Source: Octopus vulgaris
Lineage: Eukaryota
Direction: 5' to 3'
NCBI GenBank assembly: GCA_951406725.2
Contig: OX597815.1
Coordinates: 203,112,001 to 203,176,000 of the forward strand
DNA: 64,000 bases
Below, piece after piece: positions 1 through 13,578 of this stretch (position 1 is the first letter of the stretch; each line of letters begins with the position of its first letter). A program made the translations under genes and the position numbers. Below the pieces are notes generated by a model. It made no database searches and was not told where the DNA came from. It was given only the letters and a program-made list of their open reading frames with translations.

Positions 1-123
1 AAAGATATTTCAAACATTTCACTGGACGATAGTTATTCTTCAGAACCAATGAACCTTGAAGTCAGCCGAAGAGAACAGCCAGACTCTTTGCCTTACACGA
101 TAACACGGCGAGGTTCGACTTGA
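1..123 (+). CDS. Probable 3' end of the last coding exon of an unidentified host gene (…KDISNISLDDSYSSEPMNLEVSRREQPDSLPYTITRRGST*)
   Basis: Frame 1 is open from base 1 to TGA at 121-123 in non-repetitive, more GC-balanced sequence. It is followed by about 1 kb of repeat-free AU-rich sequence with ATTTA motifs and a polyA signal. No homology recognised. Confidence 0.45.
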   Translation, partial: KDISNISLDDSYSSEPMNLEVSRREQPDSLPYTITRRGST

Positions 124-1119
124 ACTTATCAGTAATTTGGTTGTTACATTATTTATTTATTTCAATTCCGATTGCTTTCACACTTAAAATCAGGTATTTT
201 ATCTGAATTGATTTAATTGTTTATTTTTTCATTCAAATGATTCAAAATGCTATTGTACTTTTTTTTTTAATCTTTCATAAATTTAATTTATTTCTCTTTA
301 TTCAGCTTGTCGCTATCATTAAACTGGCTTCTGTTTTGTCGCCTAATCCAGTAATCAGATTTACTTGACTTTCAGTGCTATAACTTTTAAAACAGTATTT
401 GATGAGCCGAATTTCTTCTGTATTTCTTTTAAAACCAAATCGTTCGCTTTCATTAGGCTTCATTTGTTTGTTTTTTAATTAAAGAATTATTTTTTTAATT
501 ATTAATTTATGTACTTTACAATGAATGATATTTGTAATCAATTTTGTCCATGATGGTATGATCCTTAACACTTAAAACTTCTTAAAATCTCCATCAATAC
601 ATATGTGCCACGCCCACAATTTTATTAATGGTCATAATTACCTCTAAATACCATGCTGACTTCTTTCAACCTACTGCCTAAATAATGGGGAACGTAGCTT
701 TTTATTCATGAAATTTCATTAAAAATCTCTACCAGAACTGTTAGTACACCAATATCACGAAGTAGCATTTACAATTGGCGAACTGTGATTTTTTATCAGC
801 TGATCGTACAAACAATATAATTAATTATTGAACACACCTGCTTATTATATTCAAATTATATTGTAATTATTTGTCTCACACATTTGAAAATGATTGTTGC
901 TTCCAGTTAAAACATTTAGTTGATGGGAGCATAAGTCTAAATATTCATCCTGCAGCAGTCATTTTATATTAAAGACGCGGGATAAACAATATATTTGCAG
1001 GGTGTTTTATTTTATTTTTCATACATAATATTCTGAATTTTAAGAAAAATATATATATAAATACAATTCCATTTTTTTCTCATTTTGTAAATGTGATATC
1101 TTATTTTTTGAAATGTTAT

Positions 1120-1161
1120 TGTAAATAAACAAATTATATTGAATCACGTTGTGTTTGTTTT
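1120..1161 (+). terminator. Putative polyadenylation site with overlapping Pumilio-type element
   Basis: AATAAA at 1124-1129, CA about 16 nt downstream, then GU-rich CGTTGTGTTTGTTTT. TGTAAATA (UGUANAUA) at 1120-1127. Confidence 0.5.
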
Positions 1162-2414
1162 AAAGTAATCTAGATGAATGTGTGTAGGGAATTTTATAGA
1201 AGACTACAGCCATAAGTGAAATAGTCTAGTTTCAGATACTTACCCTATTTTCGAGAAATGGAATGTACAGAAGTGCTTTTACCTTATTCACATTGAGTGC
1301 CAAAGACTTCATTATCCAATGTTTACACTTTAAAAGAAACGCAAGGTTTTCACTTAAAGTAGATTTGATTACAGTTTCTAAGTGACAGATTGTAAAAGTA
1401 CCCTCCCCACGCATTCTTGTGGTGAAGGTAAAATATTTCATCGGTATAAGCTGTGAATAATAAATAATAAATTCTCACCCGAAAAGGTTAATGTTGCCTG
1501 TGATGGGCCACCAGCATTCAATCTCATTGAGCAGATGTACATCTTTCAAGCATTAACCATCTTATCAGTTCGTCTGTCTAATGCCTAGTGCGATCTTTCT
1601 TTAAAAATAAGTGTAGAGTGCATTATAAGCGATTTTCTTTTTACTATTTCTTAGTTGTTGAGAGAGCTGATAAAGATTCCTTTGGTTAACGTAGACATTT
1701 TTTCCGGTATAGAAGTGGACAATTTCTTAAAATTAAATTATATTTTGTAATGACTTTCTATGTTCCTTGAATGCAAATTATCCTAAAACTATATAAGTAA
1801 TACATATACTCGATCGAGCGATTTGCCTGAACTTTCATTTTTTTAAATTTTTTCACATTGATCTTTTACAAGCAGAAATATATCATCTGCTCACGCCACA
1901 GCTAGATGATAGTAGTAGTTCGCTAACTAACTTCAGTGTTCCTGACCGTTGACAGTTTGTTGTGTTCATCCACTGTGCATCTATGATATTCGTCATTGAT
2001 TCAATAAGATTTATTAATAAAATATTTCACAACCACGTCCCATGATTTCAACGTACATTGGCTCGGATGTTTACATGCTATTTAACCCATAACCGGACCT
2101 CTACAGATGCTACTCCTCCGGGTCAGAGTATGCCTGGGAACAATAATGGCTAAAAGGTTCCACACTCCTCAAAATCCTGGAACTTCTAAATTAAGCCCTA
2201 CCTTACCGGATAAGTTTAAAGTCATACCCGGGACAATATAATAAGCATCTTGATATGGGGGCTTAAAAACAGTGTCTTAAAAATAGTAATGCGCATCTTT
2301 CTATAAGAGTAGACAATCATTTGCACTAATTTTTCAATACTTAATATTATATAAAATTAATTGATATGTAATAAAACTCGATAAGTTGGGCGAGGAAAAC
2401 TTTTCCAACTTAAT

Positions 2415-2797
2415 GGAAGCACTCCGTCGGTTACGACGACGAGGGTTCCGGTTGATCCAATCAACGGAACAGCCTGCTCGTGAAATTAACGTGTAAGTGG
2501 CTGAGCACTCCACAGACACGTGTACCCTTAACGTAGTTCTCGGGGATATTCAGCGTGACACAGAGAGTGACAAGGCCGGCCGCTTGAAATACAGGTACAA
2601 CAGAAACAGGACGTAAGAGTGAGAGAAAGTTGTGGTGAAAGAGTACGGCAGGGATCACCACCATCCCCTGCCGGAGCCTCGTGGAGCTTTTGGTGTTTTC
2701 GCTCAATAAACACTCACAACGCCCGGTCTGGGAATCGAAACCGCGATCCTATGACCGCGAGTCCGCTGCCCTAACCACTGGGCCATTGCGCCTCCAC
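2415..2797 (-). mobile_element. tRNA-derived SINE, family A (resembles octopus OR-type)
   Basis: Head has box A (TGGCCCAGTGG) and box B (GTTTCGATTCC). Near-identical copies at 6685 and 39305. Short ACTTAAT direct repeats flank it. Confidence 0.9.
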
Positions 2798-3660
2798 TTA
2801 ATACCATGTAATAGATGCAGTAGTAAAAGAAAGTGAAAACAACGGTCATTAAACATGTTCTGTGGTAGGTTTATCTTTTGCTTTTTAAAATTTATATTTC
2901 TCACTTGGTTTCTTACTTAAACCGTAGTATAAAAAGAATACTCTTAGAATCCATTCGCTAACCAAACATCCCATCCAAACCAATGACCTACTAGAATGGC
3001 ATAAGAGAAGCCTCTGCCTACAAGAAATACCAACCAACCAAATATCTCTTAGTCAAACGTAGCAGTCAATACAGATGTACTCAAATACAGTGATTCTGGA
3101 CTCATTATATCTGAAAATAAACCACAACATAGGGCACGTAACATTATGTTGAATCGGAACCGTTAACTTCTCAGAAAATACATCGCGTTTCAAGATGACA
3201 AGGTTTGAACGTGCTCACTCGGAGCCAAATAACATTTAAATCACCCTGTATAATAATAGAAGGAATAACACGATTTAGGTCCTGACATACACAAACACGA
3301 AATGGGCATAGTATGACTGACTTTGAACATATATTTTCTCAGTTAGGTATGGCTGATCTGGGGCTAAACAACTACACTATCAGCGTGATTTGAACCTAGA
3401 ATGAAACCTCTTAGCACAAGCTTGCTCTGCCCGAAATAGTATTATGATTTCTGTCAACTGTACCATACTGAAATAGACACTATCATAATGATGTTCGAGA
3501 TATATCACTAAAGACAGAGTTGTCACAACTGAAATGCCTTTCGTTGTCGGTATGCTTATTTCTAGCTCACTTGGGATTGAAATGCAACTTTGCAGAGCCA
3601 TCCAACTAGGTCGTTCATCTTGCTAGAAAGAGCAACCAAATCTCGCTCAAATAATATTGT

Positions 3661-3997
3661 CTCTTTACTCTTTTACTCTTTTACTTGTTTCAGTCATTTG
3701 ACTGCGGCCATGCTGGAGCACCGCCTTTAGTCGAGCAAATCGACCCCGGAACTTATTCTTTTTGTAAGCCCAGTACTTATTCTATCGGTCTCTTTTGCCG
3801 AACCGCTACGTGACGGGGACCTAAACACACCAGCATCGGTTGTCAAGCAATGCTAGGGGCACAAACACAGACACACAAATAGACACACACATACATTTAT
3901 ATATACATATATACGACAGGCTTCTTTCAGTTTCCGTCTACCAAATCCACTCACAAGGCATTGGTCGGCCCGGGGCTATAGCAGAAGACACTTGCCC
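3661..3997 (-). mobile_element. SINE family B (resembles octopus OK-type), 5'-truncated
   Basis: Matches more than 10 other copies in the window; internal TA/TG microsatellite; (GAGTAAAA)n tail. Confidence 0.9.
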
Positions 3998-4611
3998 TTT
4001 TTTTTAAATGGATTCATTAGATGTATTCGTGACTTGATACATAATGAGAGTAAAAAGATAGGATGGTCATAGTTGGAACTACTTCACTCAAAATTCTAAT
4101 TATTTGGAGCTCACTTATAACTAATCAATAATAACCACAGCATCCCACTGAAATTACAAATCGAATTTTCCTCACAATCAAATTATGTAGATAATTAGAC
4201 GAATCATTAACAACAGGATATTCCACGATTTCTACCACCTACTCCGCCTCCCAATCCAGAAGAAGACTTCATGTGGTCGCATGGCCTCCCTCAAAATCGC
4301 ACCCAATTTTGTTTTGGTATTTGCTTTAAGATCCATAATATGTAACACAATCCTAGCTATACTGTGTTTGAACGAGGAATGGGACAATCGACGATGAAAT
4401 ATCTTAAATCACACAATTGTTCGATCTTATAATCTTTCACAACTTTTACATATAAACTGCTACAAAGTTCAACCTTTATTAATACATGTCACTCTGGTTA
4501 GACGTTAAAGATCTTTCAAAAGCATTAACATTTTAGAAATTTAGTCATGAGTGCGGGTGTGTACGCATGCGTGTGAGTTTGCTGGAATAGAATATATGTA
4601 AAATCAGAGCC

Positions 4612-4790
4612 AGGCACTGAGCTGGCAGGATCGTTACTGCGCTGGGCAGAGCAGCAATTTAGTACGTCTTTACATTCTGAGTTCAAATTCCGCCGAGGTC
4701 CATTCTGCTTTTTATCCTTTCAGAGCTGATAAAATAAGCATCAGCTGAGTTCTGGGGCCGATGTAATCGACTTATCCTCTGGGTTTGGTA
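4612..4790 (+). mobile_element. SINE family C, old copy
   Basis: GAGCTGGCAG head and TTCTGAGTTCAAATTCCGCCGAGGTC body match copies at 18274, 31255 and 37050. Confidence 0.7.
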
Positions 4791-5736
4791 TAAACCGAGC
4801 ATTAACCTTCTTTGATAAATAAATACGGAAATACGCATGCAGACTCTGATGTATGTAAAAGAGATGGTCATGACTGGAATGTCTTTGAGAGAGAGGGGGA
4901 GGGGAGGAAAAGTGTGAATTTGGAAAGAAATAAGAATTGGAAAACGGACTTTAGATTTGAACCTAAGTTTGCTCAATTAGTGCTAGGTGAATTGGAGTTA
5001 AACAACAAAACATTAGTTTGAACGGATTAGGGAGCTTCTCCGTGGTCGCTCGACCTGCTAAAAAGTATAAAACATTTCCCTTAAATCTTACCCTACAGTT
5101 TTATGTAAGATAAATTGACTTCTTATAAGTATACCACTAAGACTTCGTGATGATTCTAACTGGAATATCTTTATAGTAGATCTTGTAAGTCAGAGCTCAT
5201 CTGGATCAAAATTGCTTACCTCATATGTCTACAAATTTCGAGTTCACCTATTACTTAAACACAGTTGTGCTCTGGATGGTCAGATGTGCAATGTGCAATG
5301 CATTAAAACACCCATGTTTTCTGAATACCCAGTCAATTTCCAATACTTCTTCAAACTACGGGGTACACAAGTCTGTCGTGGTTCAGTGGTAGAAAACTCT
5401 TGAGTTATTTACACATATAGTTAAAAAGACAAGTACACAGATTACCGAAATACTACTTAAACATGCAATAATCATTTTAAGTTATGCGCTACCATTCTAT
5501 ATGATGTTAACTTGATGGCTAAATAATCTGAATCAAAGCATGACTGGATTGTAAGTACAGGACAACTCATTCTTATGCATTTCGTGCTGTCCATTGCAAT
5601 TCTATCCTCTCTACGCTTTACCTTTGTTCTTCATTGTTTAAATCCGATTCCTATGTGACAGAAGTTTGCCTGGCAAAAGAGATTATTGCTTTGACTATAA
5701 TGAATATTAATAATTAAATAATAAATGAAAACATTA

Positions 5737-5852
5737 TGAGAACTCCTAAAAGGACTCTAAGTGAGAGTTAGTGAGTATAGTAATATGTCTAGTGAGAACT
5801 CCTAAAAGGACTCTAAGTGAGAGTGAGTAACTATAGTAATATGTCTAGTGAG
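5737..5852. repeat. 56-bp tandem duplication (2 copies)
   Basis: TGAGAACTCCTAAAAGGACTCTAAGTGAGAG… starts at 5737 and at 5793. Confidence 0.9.
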
Positions 5853-6684
5853 CCGGTGGGTGTCTAGTAATAGTCGACGACTAGACCAGGAAGTCTATCG
5901 TGTTTCTCTGCTTTTTCTTGATAAAATGTTACCGATGTGAACATTTATCTACTTTCCTCAGAATCTCATCCCGAGTTTTACTCAAACACAGCACTTTTCT
6001 TTTTTAAAAAAACATTGCATTGCAGTACTCAGTTCACTTGTAAGGAAAGTATTATTTTTCTATTACTTATGAAGCCTGATGCGAAAATAATACCCGAAGT
6101 TGACTCTACAGAATTTGAACTAGGAACAAATTTGATGAGAATTAAATACTTAAATACTGAATAAAAAGCACTTAATTTAGCGCTCCTGTTTTTTCTTTTT
6201 ACATTATTTAGTTTTGGTCAAATTATTATCTCTAATTTGAAGGCACATTAAGCAATTATTATTCAATTACATTCATGTTCTGTTTTTTTTTTCTTAGTAG
6301 GTCAGTTTGAGCTATTTATTTCTGGATAAATTTGTTCGATAAAAGTTAACAATATTAACTGTTTCCAATAGACATGCAACTACTGACAGCGTCTGTCTGC
6401 TTTACAACCAAATTGTCACAAATAAACGAAAGAAACTGCATTGTTTTAAATAATACATCACCATCTTCTTAAAACGTACATATTTTGATTCAACAGTATA
6501 GAGGAAACAATTTCACACGCTTACTAGTACACAGTCATGTGGCACGATTGGTTTTCAAATGTGATGCAAGACTGAGAAGCGATTTGACAAATATCGAGAT
6601 GGAAACAGTCCAGGGAGCAATTCTACGTAAATCAGACTGGTTGTTTTGTTTCGGTGGTCTATTATGTCCTTAAGTGTTGCAAAA

Positions 6685-7075
6685 GTGGAGGCGCAATGGC
6701 CCAGTGGTTAGGGCAGCGGACTCGCGGTCGTAGGATCGCGGTTTCGATTCCCAGGCCGGGCGTTGTGAGTGTTTATTGAGCGAAAACACCTAAAGCTCCA
6801 CGAGGCTCCGGCAGGGGATGGTGGTGATCCCTGCTGTACTCTTTCACCACAACTTTCTCTCACTCTTACTTCCTGTTTCTGTTGTACCTGTATTTCAAAG
6901 GGCCGGCCTTGTCACTCTCTGTGTCACGCTGAATATCCCCGAGAACTACGTTAAGGGTACATAACGTGTAAGTGGAGTGCTCAGACGCATATACGTTAAT
7001 TTCACGAGCAGGCTGTTCCGTTGATCGGATCAACCGGAACCCTCGTCGTCGTAACCGACGGAGTGCTTCCATCCA
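6685..7075 (+). mobile_element. SINE family A, full length with 11-bp TSD
   Basis: tRNA-like head; TSD AAGTGTTGCAA at 6672-6682 and 7076-7086. Confidence 0.92.
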
Positions 7076-7472
7076 AAGTGTTGCAATGGTAGCAGGACAA
7101 CCTTGTGAGTTTTATCTGAATGCTATTATATCAGAGTTAAGATTTCTAGAAGGGCTGAAACCTACATATTTTTGACAGGTAAACTATGACAAAATAGAAG
7201 AAAGATATATATAACAAAATAGTAACAGCAATTCAAATCCTTTTTGCTTCCACGAATAAGAAAGTCGTTTTACGGACGCAGCTTTTTTCCCCGCGAACCT
7301 CCAGATTTTGGAACTCTCTTCTATCTCATTGTTTTACCCCTTCTTATGATCTGAACTCTTTCAGGTCTAAAACAAATGCTTTCCTTTCATCTTAATTTCT
7401 CTTTCTTCATAGTCCCTTACATGCTCTATGACTAGGGAATCTAAAACTTTGCTCCACGCGATATAATTTAAT

Positions 7473-7719
7473 ATGGCATCTTGGGCAAGTGTCTTCTACT
7501 ATAGCCCCGGGCCGACCAATGCCTTGTGAGTGGATTTGGTAGACGGAAACTGAAAGAAGCCTGTCGTATATATGTATATATATATAAGTGTGTGTGTATA
7601 TGTTTCTGTGTCTGTGTTTGTCCCCCTAGCGTTGCTTGACAACCGATGCTGGTGTGTTTACGTCCCGTCACTTAGCGGTTCGGCTCGACTAAAGGCGGTG
7701 CTCCATGCCGCAGTCAATG
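7473..7719 (+). mobile_element. SINE family B, truncated with internal deletion
   Basis: Aligns to other family B copies. Confidence 0.85.
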
Positions 7720-8105
7720 TGAACAAGTTGATCTGCGCGCGCATATTTTCGTCTTGTTTTGACTTTTAATATTTTCACTTTCTTTTAAAAAAAAGGTTCA
7801 AATTTATTCAATAATGTATTCCAAGATCTTGAGTATTTTTATCGCATTATCACTTTACTTGGTATGTGATATATAAATAACGTGTGAAACATAATGTGCT
7901 GTATGACTCCAATAATTTCATGCAATTTTTCTGAGAAATTCAATAAAACACTCTTCTTTCTTTGTACAGGTAGATTACTTCTAAAATGTGATTTCTGATA
8001 ATCGGCACAACTTGAATGGGACACCTTTCCAAATGTATATGAAATAGCAGTCAACTAAAGTTTTCACGAGTTAAATACCTGCAAAGGTTTACAACTTTTG
8101 TATAG

Positions 8106-8356
8106 GCGATACACCGCGATACACCGCGGAGCAGATCGTAAGGGGCCGCCAGTTGGACAGGTCATTAGGGCTTCCTGTCTTTTTGCGAAGGAGGATCGAC
8201 CTTCCACGCAACAGGACCCTCGGAACGCGTCCCGTTAGTAGTAGACAGTTAAATATGTTGGTGAAGACCGCAGGGTCGACTGCCCTGACTTTGCGAGGTG
8301 TCAGGCCATCGGGGCCGGCGGCTGAGGCCGGATCCATGCGTCGGCGGGCGATCTTA
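8106..8356 (-). pseudogene. Internal RT fragment of an R2/NeSL-type (restriction-like endonuclease clade) non-LTR retrotransposon
   Basis: Translation SAAGPDG…IFNCLLLTGRVP…RSILLRKK…NWRPLTICSAVYR matches non-LTR RT regions 0-2. Sharp GC-rich island in AT-rich DNA. Clade assignment is from motif recall. Confidence 0.75.
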
Positions 8357-9186
8357 ACTATGTTTCGATTTCCAGTTATTTCACATTACAGACGGGACTA
8401 ATACACTTACAATCAATCAAAATTCAGATACCCCATCTAACTTAAAATATGTTGGTTATCATTCTCTCTCAGTATAAAACCCGATATTATATATATATGG
8501 GAAGATGTGAGAAGTGTAGTTTTCGTGTGTCACAGAGTAAAAGAAACGAAATAACTTCAAATAGGAAATTGAAACTTCATTGCGACTTTCCTATTTAAAA
8601 CTAATTGACACTATTTCTGCAGAAAGATATCATTTAAATGACTGTAACAAACTCTGCCGTAAGCTCCTTTGTAAACTGCAAACACATTTCTCTATTGCAT
8701 TTATTATTTCCATTTAATTTGCTTACTTGCCTTCATGTCGGCCCTCAACGGGCATAGCTATCGTCAAAGGTTTTCCATCCGTTTCTATTTTCACTACATT
8801 ATCTAATGTCTTTATTTTAAAGAAATTAATGCTATTTAAGGGATATTTTATTGCTATTGGTAACTGATCAAGCCACCACGAAGAAGTTCTGTCGATGGTC
8901 TGTGAACGCTTTAGTTGCGGTTGATTTTGTTTAGCTCTGGTTCAGTTTCTATTGAGCCATCCCTTCCATAATGATCATCTCATCTTCACACACACATGCA
9001 CAGAGAGAAAGAAACAAACTGAATTTCTTTCTCGCGACTCGAGTTTTACGCAACTGTTTTCTCGCCTGGCGATGCACTGGCATGAAACTCGCGTTGCAAA
9101 AGCAGAATCAAATTTAAATCAACCACGCAGCATGCAACAAACATTGTTTTCTCTTTATCGCACACTCTCACTCACCCTAATTTGAC

Positions 9187-9570
9187 AGGCGTGGCTGTGT
9201 GGTAAGGCGCTTACTTCCCAATCACATGACTCCGGGTTCAGTCCCACTGCGTGGCACCCCGGGCAAGTGTCTACTACTATAGCCTCGGGCTGACCAAAGC
9301 CTTGTGGGTGGATTTGGTAGAGGGAAACTGAAAGAAGCCTGTCTTATATATATATATGTGTATGTTTGTGTCTGTTTGTCCCTCCCACCATCGCTTGACA
9401 ACCGATGCTGGTGTGTTTATGTCCCCGTAACTTAACAGCTAGGCAAAAAAGACCGATTGAATAAGTACTAGGCTTACAAAGAATAAGTCATGGATTGAAT
9501 TTGTTCTACTAAAACGCCTTAAGGTAATGTTCCAGCATGGCCGCAATCAAATGACTGAAACGGATAATAA
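9187..9570 (+). mobile_element. SINE family B, full length
   Basis: GGCGTGGCTGTGTGG box A, GGTTCAGTCC box B, family B body and tail. Confidence 0.9.
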
Positions 9571-10010
9571 AATGATATATGTGACAATTATAACGAAAGA
9601 GATTAAGGAGACTATTTCTTTCTTTTTATTTTACCATGTCATGCAGCATATTTTTATGATTTCACCGACCTACACATGTTACCGCTGCACAGAAAATTAT
9701 GCCCGGTTGCAAATTCAACAGATCATATTCATATGACATTGTAAAATAAAAGGAAATAAGTTTTGAGAATGTACCTATCTCCATAATCACTCCCGTTATA
9801 ATTATTGCAAATATATCCTCCATATGATATTACCGTCGTTTGAAGCGAGCACAGAATTACCCATCGGAAAATTTACAACATCAATGACAATGCCTAGTAG
9901 TCATAGACTTTAAATACAGATCGATGCGGGTAGCCATAATCTGGAACATAACTGAGAGCTCCCACTGTACCCGCCCGGATAATATAGCTCTCTTTGCCCA
10001 AATATATATT

Positions 10011-12600
10011 TTTCTCTAGTTTCAGCTCAGAGTTGTGGCCATGCTGGGGCACTGCCGATTTGCTACACTGTTATTACTGAGAGCATCCTCTAATATGTGA
10101 CATTTGGTGAATAAGGGAGTTTGATGTCACTACACTCATTTGCACCTCTTGGCACGAGGTAGATTCATCTGGGACTCTCAACGGTAAGAAGTCCAGTTTT
10201 GAATTGAAGACACCTACATTCACTTTGTATAGTACCCTGAGGGTCTTTGGGAGAATATTAAGAGGTTGTGGGCTCTTGAAACCCAGGCTGTTGCAGTAAC
10301 CTGATTCTGAAGCGCGATGGCATTGTTGAGATCTTTGGCAATGTTCAACATCGACCTCTTCTGGCAATGGTGTAGCTTTCAATACCAACATTTGACACAA
10401 TTCCTTCCAGGATCTTCCAGATGTATATTACTGCTTGCCTCTCCCGCCATCACTCCAAGGAGTAGAGTCTTAGTTGTTCCTGCCTTTCCTAGTAGCTGAG
10501 CTGTTGTAAAGAGAATATTTTCTTTGTGAAGCTTCGCTGGGTTGCTTCAAGGTCTGCTGTAAATTTTACACTGTTGGGTGACAATAGCTGGGAGCAGTAA
10601 TCCAGGCGTATGAGAACGAATGTCCTCCAGAGGACCATCACGGTTTCCTTTTCTGTAGTTCTGAACGTTCTCAGGATCCAGCCAGCCAGTCGTCCGCACT
10701 TTGTCGCCATCCTGGTAATGTGCACTTGGAAAGAGGTATCATTACTCATGTCGATAACCAGGCCCTTTACTGATTTAGGCTCTGAGATTGCAATCTCCTG
10801 TGGACCAGTGTACTCTGTAAGTTATATATTCCGTTTTGGATGCTGGAAGCGCAGGGCTTGGAAATTTTCCGTATTAAACTGCACATTATTATGCTTATCC
10901 CACCTGTAAACTGAGTCAAACTTCTGCTGCAGGTGTACAACATCGTTGGGCTTCTGTATTTTCTACGAGACTTACGTATCGTCTGAGTAGCTAGCAAGGG
11001 TGGCTATCCAGGAAGCTGAGGGCATTTCTGAGAGGGCCACTATGAAAAACAGTGGTCCCATAAAATGCACTGTGAAACACCGCTCGCTATTTCTGCTTTT
11101 ATTGAGATGGCTCTATTGGCCACTACTGCCTGACCTGAATATTTCAGAAAGTCATCTAACCACTCTCCAAGTTTTCCAGCTATGCCGAGATCACTCATGA
11201 TCCACTTTATCAAAAGCTTTTGCAAAGTCAAGGTATATTACCTCTACATCTGATTTGCTGAGTAACTGCCTTAACACTCACTCATAGTGTTGTAAGAGCT
11301 GGGTCAGGAAGCTCCTATCTGGTGGAAAGCCATGCCGGGTATCACTCAGCAAGTCGTTTTTACAAGGAATGCGATTAGTTTCCCTCTGACTATCCGTTCC
11401 ATGACTTTGCTGATGACTGAAGTCAGAGAGATAGGCATATAGTTTTTGGCATCTGCTCTGCTTCCTCTTTTATGGAGTGGGCATATCATTCCCGCATTCA
11501 GTTTGATTGGCAGCCTGTCATTTGCAAGAAAGTTCTGGAAGAGGATCTGTAGTGTTTTCACCAGTGCACACTTACAGGATTTGAGGAGGATTGCTGGGAA
11601 ACTATCAGGACCAGCAGCTGAGTTTGCGTGTATATCATCTATGGCTAGTAGTATATCTTCTTCGTTCATGTTGATGTATTCCATCGTAACTGCCTCGCTG
11701 GTTATAGGCGGGAAAGAAATCCACTAGTAAATTCACTTGTCTGTGTTCCAACGTAATGACACTTTTGAACTAGTCATTCAGTACCTCACTGATCCTAGTT
11801 GGACTATCTGTGAGTAAGCCATCCTTCTGGAAGAGGAGTCCTATTTTGCAGCATACTGAGGGTGTTTCTTTGGAATAATGAAAGAAGCCTTTTGGGTTTG
11901 ACTTAATGTTTTTTATAACCCAGGTCTCTTTACCTGCTTTCTCCCTCACATAGGATTGTTGTAGGCTTTTTGCAATCTCTATCAGTGTTGTTTTTAGGCG
12001 GAACCTTTATCTAATTTAGAATGTTGCTTGAAATTATTTGCAACCTTCGTCCGTCGTCTCCTGAGGATTTTCCTCTCCCTTGGAATCTTATTCCTTTTTG
12101 TGTTGGCTTTGTGCTCTGGGACATATTTCTGGCATATAGTTTGCATAACAAACATGAAATATTCTAATTTCATGAAAATGTCTGGTGCGAAGAGACATTG
12201 CGGTTAGTCCCGTCTGAGGATCTCTTTTTGTATTGGTTTCCAGTCTGCTTTGTGGAAGTTCACATTGGAGAGATTTTGGGTGCTTCCTTTAGAATATAGG
12301 CCTCTGGATACTTTTGGTCCATTCATAGACAGCTCTATTACGATGTGTATCCGAAACTAATGGTAGCGTCACTTTCACATCATTGTTTGTGATGTAGAGA
12401 TCCAAAATATTATTCGTCCTAGTTGGTCTGAGCTCAACCTGCTCCTTGAATAGGGCATTGGTGAGGTTGAGCAGAGACTTCACCTGTGCTTGTTTACAAT
12501 GAGTCATTCCTGAGAGCATGACGCCTTCGAGCCATTTAACATTGGGGAAGTTGAAATCACCCATCATAAATACGCTCATGTGGTATTCTAGTTTCATAGA
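10011..12600 (-). mobile_element. Decayed CR1/L2-type LINE, ORF2 (APE + RT) and 3' end
   Basis: APE motifs MGDFNFP and PTRTNNILDL. RT motifs SAAGPD, NYMPISLTSVISKVMERIV, YLDFAKAFDKVDH and YSDDT. C-terminal GWILRTF…LDYCSQL. Multiple frameshifts. Confidence 0.9.
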
Positions 12601-12825
12601 ATACGTAGATATTAACAAGTGAAGCCATTGTACGTAGGTAATCGTTTTTTTATTTCGTATATTTTCATTTCTCTTGCTTATTTTTACATTTTGGGCTTTT
12701 GCTGAGATTTTTTCTTGAGATGACATTCTTCATGGTAATGACGATTTGACATCTATGTTTAGCATATAATGTGTCCACTTTAGTGGTCATTCCTCTTAAT
12801 TTTGTATGTATATATGCATGTATAC

Positions 12826-12919
<94 letters not shown>

Positions 12920-12920
<1 letters not shown>

Positions 12921-13490
12921 GTACTCATTTGAGTCATGCGGCTGTGGTCATGCTGGAGGACCTCCATGGTCTTTCTGACCTCCTTAGTCTGAGTGTTTCC
13001 TGTCACCACTCCTCTATGTGCCTTTGCCCCAGCTATTGGTACATTTGTTATGTAAAGAGTTTGATTCTACTCATGTCGGGCAGTTCGTTCATCCGGTATT
13101 GTGGAGAGGAGGATGTCTAATTCCTTTCTGAAGGCATCTACTTCCACGTTATGCAAATTCCTTAATGTTTGTGGCAGGGAATTGGAGAGCTGTAGGCCTT
13201 TGAACCATAGACTATTGCAGTACCTGGTCCTGAATTTCGACACAATTCGGCCAGTTCTGGCATTTGTATAACCCTGAATGCTAAAGTTAGGTACTAGCCA
13301 TTCTAGGATTTTCCATATGTATATTATTGCATATCTCTCACACCTTCGCTTCAGGGAGTAAAACTGTAGTTTTCTAGCTCATCCACTGCACAACTGAAAG
13401 AAGTAGTCCAGGCAGTTGAAAACGAAGGTCAACATAGTTACTGTGTCTCTTGTCTTGAAGGACCTCAGTATCCATCCTGCCAGCTGTCTG
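12920..13490 (-). mobile_element. 3' fragment of a related CR1/L2-type LINE
   Basis: QLAGWILRSFKTRD…LDY; ends in a CCAGCATGACCACAG-type tail like that of the 10011 LINE. Confidence 0.8.
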
Positions 13491-13578
13491 TAATATATAT
13501 ATATACGCACGAGCCATGCAATGAACATTTCAGAATCAGGCTTACCTCTGACTGGAATACAAAGATAAGTTATATATG

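Noticed and set aside
6685-6765. tRNA-like sequence with box A/B; recurrent short ORFs such as MFIERKH…
   Set aside because: SINE heads and bodies with TSDs and multiple copies; not tRNA or protein genes.
9030-9100. Imperfect hairpin that could be a pre-miRNA
   Set aside because: Several mismatches and a large irregular loop; more likely the centre of a decayed palindromic repeat, with no supporting evidence.
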